This document shows, one piece after another, positions 39,938-48,921 of a stretch of DNA of 64,000 nt. The stretch covers positions 485,232-549,231 of the forward strand of contig CAVTPV010000001.1 of the NCBI GenBank assembly GCA_963736705.1, given 5' to 3'. Both the position numbers and the translations under genes were made by a program. The stretch's first letter is position 1. Every line of letters begins with the position of its first letter. The stretch comes from an uncultured Actinomycetota bacterium. GTDB lineage: Bacteria > Actinomycetota > Thermoleophilia > RBG-16-64-13. The notes under the pieces were generated by a model. The model worked only from the letters and a program-made list of their open reading frames with translations. It had not been told where the DNA came from and ran no database searches.

Positions 39938-40258
39938 ATGGCTACCCGGGTCATCGCAGGCAAAGAAGTGCAGGTCAACGACGAAGGCTTCATGACCGAC
40001 GCCACCGAGTGGAACAAGGACATCGCGGTGGCCATCGCGGTGGAGGAGGGCATCCCGGAACTCACCGACGACCACTGGAAGGTGATCGACTGGGCCCGCG
40101 ACCAAGCCAAGAACGCGAACTGGAAGTCCCCGACGCTCCGCCAGATCACGACGGGCACCGGGGTCAACACCAAGCAGCTCTTCGCGCTGTTCCCGAAGGG
40201 GCCGGCCAAGAAGGTCGCCCGCGTGGCCGGACTGGGCAAACCCGAAGGTTGCGTGTAA
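39938..40258 (+). CDS. TusE/DsrC-family sulfur-relay protein (single C-terminal Cys)
   Basis: Met at 39938. The C-terminus ...VAGLGKPEGCV matches the DsrC/TusE PxGCV tail. Ala sits where DsrC carries its second Cys, 11 residues upstream of the terminal one. Confidence 0.8.
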   Translation: MATRVIAGKEVQVNDEGFMTDATEWNKDIAVAIAVEEGIPELTDDHWKVIDWARDQAKNANWKSPTLRQITTGTGVNTKQLFALFPKGPAKKVARVAGLGKPEGCV

Positions 40259-40269
40259 GGAGGCAGCAC

Positions 40270-40777
40270 ATGGCCGACGACGACCACCCGCCACATCGCG
40301 TTCATCTGTTCGAAGGGCGATCTGGACATGGCCTATCCCGCGCTGGTCATGGGCTGGGCCGCGCTCGGCAACGGCGTGGACGTGAGCATCTTCTTCACGT
40401 TCTGGGGCCTGGACATGATCACCAAGCACCGGATCGACAAGCTGCAGCTCGCCCCGGTGGCCAACACCAGCATGAAGATGAGCATGATGATGCCGTTACC
40501 GAAGAACTGGGGCATCCCCAACCTCATGGGCGTCCTCCCGGGCATGACCCGCTTCGCCACGTGGATGATGCGCAAGAAGATCAAGGAGGTCGGCGCCCCG
40601 CCGGTGCGCGAGTACCTGGAGATGATGCAGGACGGCGGCGCCAAGCTCTACGCCTGCAAGATGAGCTGCGACATGATGGGCCTCGGCAAGGGGGACTTCA
40701 TCGACGGGGTCATCGACGGCACCACGGCCGCCGACTTCATCGACATGACCGAGGGGGCGCAGATCGTCTTCATCTAG
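40270..40777 (+). pseudogene. DsrE/DsrF-like (DrsE_2-type) protein, frame break within the first 10 codons
   Basis: ATG 40270 (MADDDHP) runs in one frame. The conserved ...HIAFICSKGDLDMAYPALVMGWAALGNGVDVSIFFTFWGL... runs in the +1 frame (ORF 40328..40777 lacks this strand). Confidence 0.7.
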
Positions 40778-40886
40778 GAGTGGGGACGGCGCCACGCCTG
40801 GCGCGGATTGAGGATTCTCGTGAGGGCCGGAGCACGCCGCTTCGGCCCTCTTGGTTTGCCGGCCCGAGATCCTGTTGCCCCAAGTA

Positions 40887-40916
40887 TTGACAGGTGACGC
40901 TATCTACGTATATCAT
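40887..40916 (+). promoter_or_regulatory. sigma70-like promoter with imperfect palindrome (ArsR operator candidate)
   Basis: TTGACA (40887-40892), then a 16-nt spacer and TATATC, or an 18-nt spacer and TATCAT. The dyad TATCTAC|GTATATA (40901-40914) overlaps the -10. Confidence 0.5.
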
Positions 40917-40958
40917 CAACTCTGCAAATACGGGATTGCAGGAGTGGCCTCGGTGGAT

Positions 40959-41468
40959 ATGCGCCCTCTCTTCAAGTTGCACGCTTCGGTCTGCCAAGCT
41001 CTTTCGAGCGAGCACCGCTTGGCCATCATGTACGGCCTCAAGGAAGGCGAGCGCCGGGTGAGCGACATCGCCGACGACCTGGGCATCTCCGTGCACAACG
41101 TCTCCCAGCACCTGCGCATCCTGCGGCAGGCTCTTCTGGTCAAGCCTCGCAAAGAGGGCCAGACGGTCTACTACTCCATCGCCAATCCCAAGTTCATGGA
41201 AGCCTGCGCCCTCATGCGCCAGGCCCTGCTCGAAGAGCACCAGGCCGAGGGTACGGCGCTCCACGCCGCCGCCGGGAGTGTTCGACCCCGTGGCGGCCAT
41301 GTCCACCATGTACGAGAACGGCATCGACGCGGATCACGATTCCGCGGGCAAACCGGCAACGACCCCCGAATCAGGCGCAAACGCATAACGAGCGATCAAC
41401 CGAGCAACGTTCGGACGAAAGGAAGACGATCATGGACCTCTCCACACTCAAAGGCGACAAAGTCGTAG
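40959..41468 (+). CDS. ArsR/SmtB-family transcriptional regulator (3' tail uncertain)
   Basis: LSSEHRLAIMYGLKEGERRVSDIADDLGISVHNVSQHLRILRQALLVKPRKEGQTVYYSI. The Arg-rich tail after about residue 110 overlaps the tusA start and may be out of frame. Confidence 0.7.
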   Translation: MRPLFKLHASVCQALSSEHRLAIMYGLKEGERRVSDIADDLGISVHNVSQHLRILRQALLVKPRKEGQTVYYSIANPKFMEACALMRQALLEEHQAEGTALHAAAGSVRPRGGHVHHVRERHRRGSRFRGQTGNDPRIRRKRITSDQPSNVRTKGRRSWTSPHSKATKS

Positions 41469-41677
41469 ACGCGCGCGGCACCTCCTGCCCCGGCCCCATC
41501 CTGGCCGCGAAGAAGGGCATGGCCGACGTCAAGGTCGGCGAGATCATGGAAGTGCTCGCCACCGACTCCGGCACCCAGAAGGACCTGCCCGCCTGGTCCA
41601 AGAAGCTGGGCCACGAGTACCTCGGTTTCGTCGAAGAGCCCGGCTACATGAAGCTCTTCGTCAAGAAGCTCAAGTAA
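41432..41677 (+). CDS. TusA-family sulfurtransferase
   Basis: 81 aa. VVDARGTSCPGPILAAKKGM carries the conserved CPxP active-site motif. Confidence 0.85.
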   Translation: MDLSTLKGDKVVDARGTSCPGPILAAKKGMADVKVGEIMEVLATDSGTQKDLPAWSKKLGHEYLGFVEEPGYMKLFVKKLK

Positions 41678-41701
41678 CGCACGGACGACCAAGGACCGGC
41701 C

Positions 41702-42153
41702 GTGACCGCAAGCGCGGGGTTCGCCCCCAAGATACTGGTCTTCTCGACCAACAACATCTCCGATCCGGGGATCGACCTGGCGGGTAGCTCGCATCTGCAC
41801 TACTCGCCGACCGTCATGGTCATCAGCATGCCCTGCACCAGCGGCATCCGGCCGGATTGGATCCTGTACGCCATCGAGCAGGGGTTCGATGGCGTCTTCA
41901 TCGCGTCGGACGGGGAGGAGTGCGCCTTCCTGCCCGACTGCGCGGAGCGGAGTTCGCACATCATGGCCAGCGCTCAGGAGATGCTGAAGGAGCGAGGGCC
42001 ACGAGCCCCGGCGGGTGAAGATGGCCGCCGTCTGCTCGGTGTGCGCCGACCCGTTCGTCAACTACATGGGCGAGTTCTCCAAGGCGCTCGCGGAGCTCGG
42101 GCCCTCCACCGACCGGGCCCGCGGCCGGACCGTCCGAGGAGCAGGCCGCATGA
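41702..42153 (+). pseudogene. MvhD-like (methyl-viologen-reducing hydrogenase delta-type) FeS protein, about 2 frame breaks
   Basis: KILVFSTNNISDPGIDLAG...VISMPCTSGIRPDWILYAIEQGFDGVFIASDGEECAF, then ..PRRVKMAAVCSVCADPF in another frame. One frame ends in a TGA overlapping the next ATG (ATGA at 42150-42153). Confidence 0.7.
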
Positions 42154-44916
42154 AGTACGACGCGCTGGTCATCGGCAGCGGCATCAGCGGCATGGAGTCC
42201 GCCCTCAAGCTCGGCGACATGGGCTACAAGGTGCTGGTGGTCGAGAAGGAGGCCAGCGTCGGCGGCAAGATGATCCTGCTGAGCAAGGTCTTCCCCACGC
42301 TCGACTGCGCCAGCTGCATCTCCACGCCCAAGATGGGCGCCACCATCCACCATCCCAACCTCGACGGTGCTCACCTACTCCGAGGTGGACAGCATCGAGC
42401 GCCAGAACGGCGAGCTTCAAGGCCAAGATCAAGCAGAAGGCCCGCTTCGTGGACGAGGAGGCCTGCACCGGCTGCCGGCAGTGCGAGATGGTCTGCAGCG
42501 TGGCCGTGCCCGACGAGTTCAACGCCGACCTGGTGTCGCGCCGGGCGGCCTACATCGCCTTCCCGCAGGCGGTGCCCAAGAAGGCCGTCATCGAGCGGCG
42601 AGGGCACCTCGCCCTGCACCTACACCTGCCCGGCGGGCATCAAGGCCCACGGGTACGTGGCGCTCACCCGCAGCGGCGAGTACGAGAAGGCCTTCCAGCT
42701 CGTGGCCGACGCCACCCCGTTGGTGGGCAGCCTGGGCCGGGCCTGCTACGCGCCCTGCGAAGAGGAGTGCACGCGGGGAGACCTCGAGGGCCCGGTGAAC
42801 ATCCGGCGCATCAAGCGCTTCCTGGCCGACACCCACTACGCCAAGCCGAGGGTGGCGCCCGAGAAGCCGGCGCCCAACGGCAAGAAGGTGGCCGTCGTCG
42901 GCTCGGGCCCGGCGGGCCTCACCGCCGCCTGGCACCTGGCCCGCAAGGGCTACGAGGTCAAGATCTTCGAGGCGGCGCCGCTGGCCGGCGGCATGCTCCG
43001 CCTGGCCCTGCCGCCCTACCGGCTGCCCAGCGAGGTGGTCGACGAGGACGTGGCCAACGTCACCGACCTCGGCGTGACGATCGTCACCGACACCAAGGTC
43101 GAGGACCTGGAGGCCCTCAAGGCCGAGGGCTACGACGCCGTGCTGGTCGCCATCGGCACCCATCTGGGCACCAAGCTGCGGGTCCCCGGCGAGGACCTGC
43201 AGGGTGTGACTGCGCGCCACCGAGTTCCTCCGGGCCGCCAAGCTCGGCGAGCCGCTCGAGGTGGAGGGCAAGCGCGTGGTGGTCATCGGCGGCGGCAACG
43301 TGGCCATCGACGCGGCCCGCACCGCGCTCCGCCTGAAGGCCGCTTCGGTGCGAGGTGCTCAGCCTGGAATCGCTGCAGCAGATGCCGGCCCACGCCTGCA
43401 GGAGATCGCAGGAGGCCAAGCCGGAGGGCGTCACCTTCCGCAACTCCTGCGGCGTGCGCAACTTCGAGGGCGACGGACAGCGTCCGGAGCATCGTGCCCG
43501 ATGCGCTGCGTGTCCGTGTTCGACGAGAAGGGCCGCTTCAGCCCCAAGTACTCCGACAAGACGCTCGGGCACCATCGAGTGCCGACCTGGTGATCGTGGC
43601 CGCCGGCATGCGGCCCGACTCGGGCGAGTTCGGCCTGCCGATCAACCCCTCCGGCACCATCAGGTCGACGCAGCGACACCCTGCAGACCGAGCATACCCT
43701 ACGTGTTCGCCGCGGGCGACGTGGTGCTGGGCCCGTCCATGATCACCACCGCGGCCGGCCACGGCCGCCGGGCGGCGTACTTCATGGACCGCTGGCTGCA
43801 GGGCCAGCCCATCGACGCGCTACGACCTCGACACCCCGCTCCCGATCGTGGACAAGGCCGACGTGCTCGGCCGGCAGATGACCTGCTACCGGGAGATCAC
43901 GCCCAAGCGGCCCGCGCGAGATCGTGCAGGCTGGCCCCGGGCGAGTTCTATCCCGACGAGGAGACCCTCACCGAAGACGAGGCCTCTGCCTGCACCGGCC
44001 GCTGCCTCGACTGCGGCGTCTGCTCGCGAGTGCCACGCGTGCGTGGACATCTGCCCGGCCGACTGCATCGACCTGAACATGAAGGGCGAGGAGATCGAGG
44101 TCGAGGTGGACGCGGTGGTCCTCGCCACCGGCTACACGCTCTTCCCGGCCGAGCTCAAGCCGCAGTACGGCTACGGCAAGTACAAGAACGTCATCACCGG
44201 CATGCAGATGGACCGCCTGCTGGCCCCCACCCGGCCGTACAACGCGCGTGGTGCGCCCGGGCGACGGCAAGGTGCCCGACAACATCGCCTTCATCCTCTG
44301 CACCGGCTCCCGCGACGAGACCCTCGGCAACCCGCTCTGCTCGCGCATCTGCTGCATGTACTCCGTCAAGCACAACCAGCTGATCATGGGCGCGCTGCCG
44401 CTGGCCGACGTCACCGTCTACTACATGGACATCCGCACGCCGGGCAAGGGCTACGACGAGTTCTACGAGCAGGCCAAGGCCATGGGCGCCAACTTCGTGA
44501 AGGGCCGCGTGGCCGAGCGTCACCGAGAAGGAGGACGGCAACCTGGTCCTCACGCTACGAGGACATCGAGAACGGCACCCTCACCGAGGCGGAGCACGAC
44601 CTGGTGGTGCTCGCGGTGGGCGTGCGGCCCAACGACGAAGCGCGCCCACGCTGTTCGCCGACGGCGAGCTGGCGCTGGACGACTACGCCTACGTGGGCGA
44701 AGCCGACGAGGACATGAACCCCGGCGCCACCAACATCCCCGGCGTGTTCGTGGCCGGCGTCGGCCTCGGGCGTCAAGGACATCCCCGATTCGATCCTTCA
44801 CGCGGGCGCCGCGGCGGCGCAGGCGGCCGCTCACCTGGAGAGCAAGCGGACGGCCGGCCGAGACGGCGGCCGACGCCGGCGACCGAGCCGCGACGTCGCG
44901 GAGGTGGCGCCGATGA
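42150..44916 (+). pseudogene. large HdrA-like flavoprotein interrupted by a GltD/NfnB-like NAD(P)H module (HdrL-like), many frame breaks
   Basis: Read across frames: KYDALVIGSGISG, CASCISTPKM, CTGCRQCEMVC. Then the GltD-like block: CPAGIKAHGYV, KKVAVVGSGPAGLTAAWHLARKGYEV, VVVIGGGNVAIDAAR, VFAAGDVV. Then CTGRCLDCGVCSECHACVDICP. Then the HdrA C-part: FILCTGSRD, CSRICCMYSVK, GVFVAGV..KDIPDSI. Confidence 0.7.
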
Positions 44917-46733
44917 GCACCGAGACCGGCAAGCGGCGCATCGGCGTCTACGTCTGCCATTGCGGCGGCAACATCTCCGACTACGTCGACGTGGACAAGG
45001 TGGTCGCGGCGCTGGAGGGCGACCCGGACGTGGTGGTGGCCAAGACGGCCATGTTCACCTGCTCCGACGCCACCCAGCAGGAGATCATCGAGGACATCCA
45101 GGAGCAGGGCCTCGACGGCATCGTCGTGGCCTCCTGCTCGCCCAAGCTGCACACCTTCACCTTCCGCGAGGTGGCCAAGCGGGCGGGGCTCAGCCCCTTC
45201 CAGTACACCCAGGTGAACGTCCGCGAGCAGTGCTCCTGGACCCACACCGACGACCACGAAGGCGCCACCGACAAGGCCACCAAGCTGGTCAAGGCCGGCA
45301 TCGGCCGCACCCGGCTGACGGTGCCGCTGGAGCCGATCGTCGTGGAGACGGTGCCCAAGGCGGTCGTCATCGGCGGCGGCATCACCGGTCTGCGGGCGGC
45401 CCTCGGGCTGGCCGAGATCGGCCTCGCGCGTGTTCCTGGTGGAGAAGGAGGCGCAGCTCGGCGGCTGGGCCGCCGGGTTCGGCGAGATGTACCCGTACGG
45501 CAAGAACGGCCGGGAGCTGGTGGCCGAGCTGATCGAGAAGGTGCGCGGCAACCCGGACATCACGGTGTTCACGAACGCCGAGGTCACCGGCAAGGCCGGC
45601 AGCTTCGGCAACTACGAGGTGGCCATCCGGGTGAACGGCGGCGCCGGCGAAGCCGCGGCCGAGCGCCGAGACCATCACCGTGCGAGGCGGGCTCCATCAT
45701 CGTGGCCACCGGCTTCGACGCCTACCCGGTGGCCGAGGACGAGTTCGGCTACGGCCTGGACGGCGTGGTCACGCTGCCCGAGTTCAAGCAGCTGGTGGAC
45801 GGCGCCGAGCGGCCCGCTCGCAGTACGACGGCAAGCCGGTCAAGAACATCGTCTACATCTACTGCGTGGGCAGCCGGCAGGACGCGGACGAGGTGGACGA
45901 CGCCCACGAGTACTGCTCCCGCTACTGCTGCACGGCCGCGGTGCACGCCTCCCTCGCAGGTGGCGGCCAAGCCCGGGCAAGCGTCCACCAGTACCACCTG
46001 CACCGCGACATCCGCACCTACGGCAAGTACGAGATGCTGTACGACGAGTCGCTCAACAAGGGCTCCGTCTACCTCAAGGTGCCCGACGACGAGCCGCCGG
46101 TGGTGACGCGCGACGACGAAGACCGGCCGCCTGCTGGTGACCACCCGCGACCTTCTGAGCCGAGGGCGAGGAGATCGAGATCCTGGCCGACCTGGTGGTG
46201 CTGGTCACCGGCATGGTGCCGCGCGAGAACGACGACCTGATCAAGACCCTCAAGCTGCCCGTGGGCAAGGGCGGCTTCTTCAACGAGATCCATCCCAAGC
46301 TGCGCCCGGTGGAGACCGTGGTCGACGGCGTCTACATCTGCGGCACCTGCCAGCAGCCGAAGAACTCGGCCGAGGCGGTCGCCTCCGGCCTGGCGGCGGT
46401 CACGCAGAGCGCCTCCATCCTCAAGCGCGGCTTCGCCGAGCTCGACCCGCTGGTCGCCATGGTCGACACGGACCTCTGCACCTGGTGCGGCACTGTGCCT
46501 GGAGGCCTGCCCCTACGACGCGCCCCGGCAGGTGGAGGAGGACGGCAAGAAGGTCGCGCTTCATCGACAAGACCGCCTGCAAAGGCTGCGGCGGCTGCGT
46601 GCCCGGTCTGCCCGGTCAAGACGCCATCGACCTCGAGGGCTACACCGACGCCCAGATCCGGGCCATGATCGACGGCCTGCTGTCGGAGCCGGCGAATGCC
46701 CGGATGCGTGACCGCAGGAGGTGCTCGGCATGA
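44913..46733 (+). pseudogene. hdrA: HdrA-like heterodisulfide-reductase subunit A flavoprotein, about 8 frame breaks
   Basis: ATG 44913 after GGAGGTG. IGVYVCHCGGNISDY, AVVIGGGITG, YIYCVGSRQ, CSRYCC, GVYICGTCQQPK, and a C-terminal CKGCGGCVPVCP-like ferredoxin motif. The stop overlaps the next ATG (ATGA at 46730-46733). Confidence 0.75.
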
Positions 46734-47028
46734 GCACGCCTGAATACTGCGCCGGCAGCCGGCGCGAGCGACGCCGGAAGCCCCGGCACCGCGATCCGTC
46801 CGCGAGATCATCCGCGACGAGCAGATCATGCGGGCGCCGCATCCTCAAGCTGCTCGACGACGGCGCCTCTGACCATCCCCGAGATCGCCGAGGCCTCGGG
46901 CGTCCCGACGTCACGAGGTGACCTTCTGGGTCATGGGCATGCGCAAGTACGGCTAGGTGCGCGAGGACAAAGAGGTCACCGACGAGGGCTACTTCCGGTA
47001 CCAGGCGATCGAGAGAGAGATCGGATGA
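46730..47028 (+). pseudogene. small winged-helix-like protein with frame breaks and an in-frame TAG
   Basis: ATG 46730 after GCAGGAGG. Pieces: ..ILKLLDDG.., ..IPEIAEASGVP.., ..EVTFWVMGMRKYG-TAG-VREDKEVTDEGYFRYQAIEREIG. The stop overlaps the next ATG (ATGA at 47025-47028). Confidence 0.4.
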
Positions 47029-48202
47029 CCACGCGACTTGAATCCCGAGCTCGTCGACGACCTCGGCGCCTGTACGGCGCCGAGGACGTGCAGAAGTGCT
47101 ACAACTGCGGCAACTGCACGGCCACCTGCTCGCTCGCCGACCAGCACGACAACTTCCCGCGCAAGTGCATGCACGCCCTGCAGATGGGCATGGAGAAGAA
47201 GCTCAAGGGCAGCCTGGAGCCCTGGCTCTGCTACTACTGCGGCGAGTGCTCCACGGACTGCCCGCGGGAGGCCTCAGCCGGGCGAGACCATGATGAGCCT
47301 GCGCCGCTGGTTGACCGTCGCGCTATGACTTCACCGGCATCGGCCGCCTGTTCTACCGGCGCCCGTGGATCGAGATCGCTCGTGGTGATCATCGTGGCCC
47401 TGCTCACCGGCGTCGGCTTCACCCTGTTCGGCGTGTTCGGCGGCGACATCCACCAGTACACCGGCGAGAACTCGTTCCTGCCGGCGGAGACCGTCCACAT
47501 CTTCGACTGGATCCTCGGCGGCGGTGCTGCTGGCCTTCCTCATCCCCAACATGATCCGCATGTGGTGGTTCACGCTCGGCCGGGACACCCTGGGCCGGGA
47601 CCGCACCAGGCAAGCTGCCGCGCATGCGCCTACCTCAAGTCCGTCTACCTGTTCCCGCTGCACTTCATGACCCAGAAGCGCTACGCGCAGTGCGAGCGCA
47701 AGCGGCCCTGGGTGATCCACCTGGCTCTGATGCTGAGCTACGTGACCATGCTCATGCTCATCATGTTCTTCCTCAAGTACATGTGGAACGGGCCCAAGAT
47801 CGACTGGCGCGTGCACGTGTTCGGCTACCTGGCCAGCGCCGGCCTGATCGCCGGCGACCACTCTGGGCGCATCGTCGGCCGCCTCAAGAAGATGGAGGCG
47901 CAGCTACAAGCACTCCCACGAGAGCGACTGGATGTTCCTGATCCTGCTGCTGGTGGTGGCGCTCACCGGGGTGCTGCAGCACGTGCTGCACCGCGCCGGC
48001 GCCGACGTGGCGGCCAACGTCTCCTACGTCGTGCACCTGATGGCGGTGGTCCCGATGCTGGGACTGGAGGTGCCCTTCAGCAAGTGGTCGCACATGGCCT
48101 ACCGGCCGCTGGCCATGTACTTCTCGGTGCTCCGCAAGCAGATCGTGCCGGTACCGGCCGAAGAAGAGGCGCCCGAGCGGCATGCAGACCGAAGCCGCCT
48201 GA
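47025..48202 (+). pseudogene. QmoC-like protein: HdrC-type di-cluster domain fused to an HdrE/NarI-type multi-TM domain, about 8 frame breaks; 3' end uncertain
   Basis: CYNCGNCTATC and CYYCGECSTDCP, then hydrophobic helices (LVVIIVALLTGVGFTLFGVF, VIHLALMLSYVTMLMLIMFFL, WMFLILLLVVALTGVL, VVHLMAVVPMLGL) spread over frames. Candidate stop at 48200-48202. Confidence 0.6.
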
Positions 48203-48240
48203 CCGACGACCCGACCCGAGATCGCGACAGAAGGAGTCCC

Positions 48241-48721
48241 ATGGCAGACACCCACCAAGAAGACCATCATCCTGTTCAGCGGCGACTTCGACAAAGTCAT
48301 GGCCGCCCTCATCATCGCCAACGGCGCTGCCGCGATGGGCGACGACGTCACCATCTTCTGCACCTTCTGGGGCCTCAACGCGCTCCGCAAGCCGCAGAAG
48401 GTCAAGGCGAAGAAGAAGTTCCTGCAGGGCATGTTCGGCATGATGATGCCGCGCGGCGTCAACAAGCTCGGCATGTCGAAGATGAACTTCGCCGGCATGG
48501 GCCCGCAGATGATGGGCATGGTCATGAAGGGCGAGGGCGCCATGACCCTGCAGCAGCTCCTCGACGCGGCCATCGAGCAGGGCGTCAAGCTGGTGGCCTG
48601 CACCATGACCATGGACCTGCTGGGCTTCAAGAAGGAAGAGCTGCTGGACGGCGTCGAGTACGCCGGCGTGGCCGCCTATCTGGGCGAAGCCGACGAGGCG
48701 AACGTCAACCTGTTCATCTAG
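48241..48721 (+). pseudogene. DsrE/DsrF-like (DrsE_2-type) protein, paralog of 40270..40777, frame break within the first 6 codons
   Basis: AAGGAG then ATG 48241 (MADT..). The conserved KKTIILFSGDFDKVMAALIIANGAAAMGDDVTIFCTFWGL runs in the +1 frame. Removing one C from the CCC at 48251-48253 restores the frame. Confidence 0.7.
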
Positions 48722-48743
48722 CCTCAGCAGACTCCGACGAAAA

Positions 48744-48772
48744 GGGCGCCGCAAGGCGCCCCTTCTGTTTCT
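48744..48772 (+). terminator. rho-independent terminator
   Basis: GGGCGCC-GCAA-GGCGCCC followed by CTTCTGTTTCTC. Confidence 0.6.
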
Positions 48773-48921
48773 CGCCGGCGTCACGTGTTCTAAGAGATTT
48801 CTCATGCGCCCCTCATCCTGGCCTCACGACCCCGCTCTATGCTCGGCGCATACCCCGTTGGGTATGGACCCGCCCTTCCTTTGTGGGCGAGCGGCCGAAA
48901 GAGCGACCAAGGAGAGCGGGC

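Noticed and set aside
46954-46956. Amber codon as pyrrolysine, and TGA codons in hdr genes as selenocysteine
   Set aside because: I saw no pyl genes and no convincing SECIS-like hairpin. The codon lies in the zone with the highest error density, and the TGA codons I met are in frames abandoned at nearby frame breaks.
41702-48202. Canonical QmoABC of dissimilatory sulfate reduction
   Set aside because: The subunit logic is similar, but aprAB, sat and dsrAB are absent from the window. One HdrA carries a GltD-like insert, MvhD is a separate gene, and the neighbours are persulfide-relay proteins.
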